Positions 62,008 through 64,000 of a stretch of DNA of 64,000 nucleotides are shown here, in pieces (the first letter of the stretch is position 1; the number at the start of each line of letters is the position of its first letter). The stretch is taken from the NCBI GenBank assembly GCA_963792585.1, contig CAWBWI010000006.1:128001-192000 (forward strand). Direction: 5' to 3'. The DNA comes from Candidatus Eiseniibacteriota bacterium (lineage in GTDB: Bacteria > Eisenbacteria > RBG-16-71-46 > CAIMUX01 > VGJL01). The translations under genes were made by a program, and so were the position numbers. A model generated the notes under the pieces. The model had not been told where the DNA came from and did not search any database. It was given only the letters and a program-made list of their open reading frames with translations.

Positions 62008-62789
62008 GCGCTCCCCCACAACGGCCTGAAGAGGGTCCATTGCTCGGGGCGTTCCCGCACGAGATCCCGCAGGAGCCTCTCGAGATCCTCCGCACGCGGG
62101 GCGATCGTTCCCCCGCCGCAGGGGGGGCGGAACTCCACCACGAATCGCCCTACCCCTTCGCGCAGGCAGACCGCCGGCAGGATCGTTGCCCCGGTTCGGC
62201 GCGCGAGCGACGCGATGCCGCGCGTGGCGGGTCCGGGGAGCGCATGCTGATCGCCGTCGAGGTGGAGTCCCACGATGCCCCCTGCCCGAAGAATGCGCGT
62301 GAACCGCGCGACGACGCGCCCGCGCGGGTGGATACGCAGGCCGGCGCCCCGGAGCGCAAGCCGCCAGGAACCGGTCAGTCTGCGCGCGAGTTGAATGCCC
62401 GCGATCGAATGGACCGGCTGGCCGCTGCGCGAGGCGACGAACTGCGCGCCCAGGTGCCAGTTGCCTACGTGCGCCGTCACCAGGAGCACGCCGCGACCAA
62501 GGGCGAGGGCCCCATCGAGCCGCTCGGTCCCCGCTGCGCGAATCTCGAAGCGGCGCCCCCCCAGCATCGCGAGCGATTCGTAGAGCATCATCAAGTGATG
62601 ATAGGCAGGGCCATCGGCCGGAGAGCGGCCGGATGGAACCGCGATCTCCGCCTCACGTAGATTCGCCGCCCAGGAGCGACCACGTCCTCGAGCGAAGAGG
62701 TTCAGAATGGGCGAGGCAGTCCCCGCCGCCGCCCCGGCGGCGCGCGGCGGAACTCGTGCGATGAGACGGGAAACATCGGCAAGGCGCAT
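62004..62789 (-). CDS. Lysophospholipid/lipid A-type acyltransferase, PatA-like
   Basis: GRGVLLVTAHVGNWH, GIASLARRTGATILP, RPEQW. Confidence 0.8.
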   Translation of the reverse strand: MRLADVSRLIARVPPRAAGAAAGTASPILNLFARGRGRSWAANLREAEIAVPSGRSPADGPAYHHLMMLYESLAMLGGRRFEIRAAGTERLDGALALGRGVLLVTAHVGNWHLGAQFVASRSGQPVHSIAGIQLARRLTGSWRLALRGAGLRIHPRGRVVARFTRILRAGGIVGLHLDGDQHALPGPATRGIASLARRTGATILPAVCLREGVGRFVVEFRPPCGGGTIAPRAEDLERLLRDLVRERPEQWTLFRPLWGSA

Positions 62790-62854
62790 CGCGGCATTTT
62801 GCGCGCATCGGGCCTCTCCTTGCCAGAAGCTTCTCTGCGGCGGATGATCCATCC

Positions 62855-63943
62855 ATGGGTGACCGAATCGCCGCATGGGCCGCGGTTTTCCTCCTCCTCG
62901 CCGTGGGCGCCGCCGCGCAGTCCCCGGCCGGGCTGGGGCATCCCCAACTCGCCGAGAGCCTCCCCCGCCCCACGGATCCCGCCCGTGCCGCCGTGTGGAC
63001 CCCCGATCCGGGAAGCTGGGTGACCCTCGAGCGTCAGGCGATCCATGGCGCGAAGGGGTGGGATTGGCTGATCGAGTCGGGACGACGTCGGTTGGGCAGT
63101 CTCACCGGCGAGCGGAGCGCGGTCGAGGTCGATCTCCCGCGCATCGTCATCGGACGCATCGAACGCGGCGAGACGACGCTCGTCTGCGTCCTCCTGCCGG
63201 ACGGAAACCGCGATCTCATCCTCCGCCCACCCGGCAGCGGCGATGAGTCGGCCCAGCCGTCGGAAGCGACCGAGGACGCGTACGGCCGCTGGCCCAATCC
63301 GTGCAGCTTCGCGATCCATGACGCCTCCGGAAACCTGGATCTCGATGACGACGGAACGCCCGAGATCGCGATCCGACGCTTCTGCAGCTGCGCTTCGGTC
63401 CCCTGCTCGGGGATCGTCTTCATCGAGCTGGACCCGAAGGAACCCCGATTGCTCGACATCCCTTCGATCATCGGGAATGCAGACGTCGGATCCATTACGA
63501 TTCGCGAGACCGATGGGAGGAAGGATCCGGCGCGGCCGATCCTGACCATCGCTCCCGACCTGCTCGAAGGGTGCCGCTTCATTGCCATGGCGGGAGTGCG
63601 CGGCGCCAGCGAGTGCGACCATTGCTGCGTCATCCCGGTCCTCGCCGGGCCGCTGAGGGGGGGCTACGCGCTCTTCTACGACCCCGACCGGCAGAAGGAA
63701 CAGCTCAGACAGGCGCAGAAGGACATCGGCTACGTCTCCGCGGGGGCGCCGGGTCCGTTGCGGTCGAACGAAGAAGCGCAGATTGCGCGGGCCGCTTCGT
63801 TCTATTATCTGACAGGGTTGGGTTCGAAAACGCGAGACCTCCTGACCGACGAACTGGGCGCGCGCGGGCGCGATCCCCGCGCCCTCGAATTGCTGGAGCG
63901 TCTCGATGAGATCTTCCTGGGCGCGTCGCGCGGGAGTCGTTAG
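62855..63943 (+). CDS. Exported Cys-rich hypothetical protein
   Basis: Signal peptide; DLDDDGTPEI Ca-binding-type motif; FCSCASVPC and CDHCC clusters. Confidence 0.7.
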   Translation: MGDRIAAWAAVFLLLAVGAAAQSPAGLGHPQLAESLPRPTDPARAAVWTPDPGSWVTLERQAIHGAKGWDWLIESGRRRLGSLTGERSAVEVDLPRIVIGRIERGETTLVCVLLPDGNRDLILRPPGSGDESAQPSEATEDAYGRWPNPCSFAIHDASGNLDLDDDGTPEIAIRRFCSCASVPCSGIVFIELDPKEPRLLDIPSIIGNADVGSITIRETDGRKDPARPILTIAPDLLEGCRFIAMAGVRGASECDHCCVIPVLAGPLRGGYALFYDPDRQKEQLRQAQKDIGYVSAGAPGPLRSNEEAQIARAASFYYLTGLGSKTRDLLTDELGARGRDPRALELLERLDEIFLGASRGSR

Positions 63944-63981
63944 GGCTCGGAAGTCGTTAGGACCCGGAAGTCGTTAGGAAG
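63931..63981. repeat. 17-bp tandem repeat x3 containing the stop codon of the last gene
   Basis: cgggagtcgttagggct / cggaagtcgttaggacc / cggaagtcgttaggaag. Confidence 0.85.
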
Positions 63982-64000
63982 GGAGAGTGCCTTGAGCGAG

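Overview
High-GC bacterial chromosomal segment with about 49 tightly packed genes. Five secreted proteins end in the same FlgD-Ig/T9SS-type-A-like tail, which suggests (inference only) a non-Bacteroidetes FCB lineage such as Eisenbacteria or Latescibacterota. Metabolic and housekeeping genes include citC-citD, pheA, two tandem gap genes, moeA-moaC, rpiA, tenA, korAB, a cyclophilin, osmC and a DnaQ-like exonuclease. Envelope genes include alpha-2-macroglobulin-pbpC, an L,D-transpeptidase, a MacAB-like ABC system, two beta-barrels, a PatA/PimA-like pair and a GT-C-like membrane protein. Signalling genes are an ECF sigma/anti-sigma unit and a 1.9-kaa orphan hybrid kinase. There is also a TA-like nucleotidyltransferase pair and a more AT-rich islet at about 50.5-55.7 kb. 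Three segments carry clustered single-base frameshifts, probably long-read errors. I could not support any rRNA, tRNA, CRISPR array or transposase. The best leads are: (1) a tandem GAPDH pair whose upstream copy keeps the catalytic Cys/His but has lost both phosphate-site signatures (candidate regulatory or altered-specificity subunit); (2) the shared C-terminal sorting tail; (3) short degenerate tandem arrays placed at or just after stop codons, one giving TAG in all three frames; (4) a GATGCAGGC repeat element upstream of two neighbouring secreted-protein genes.
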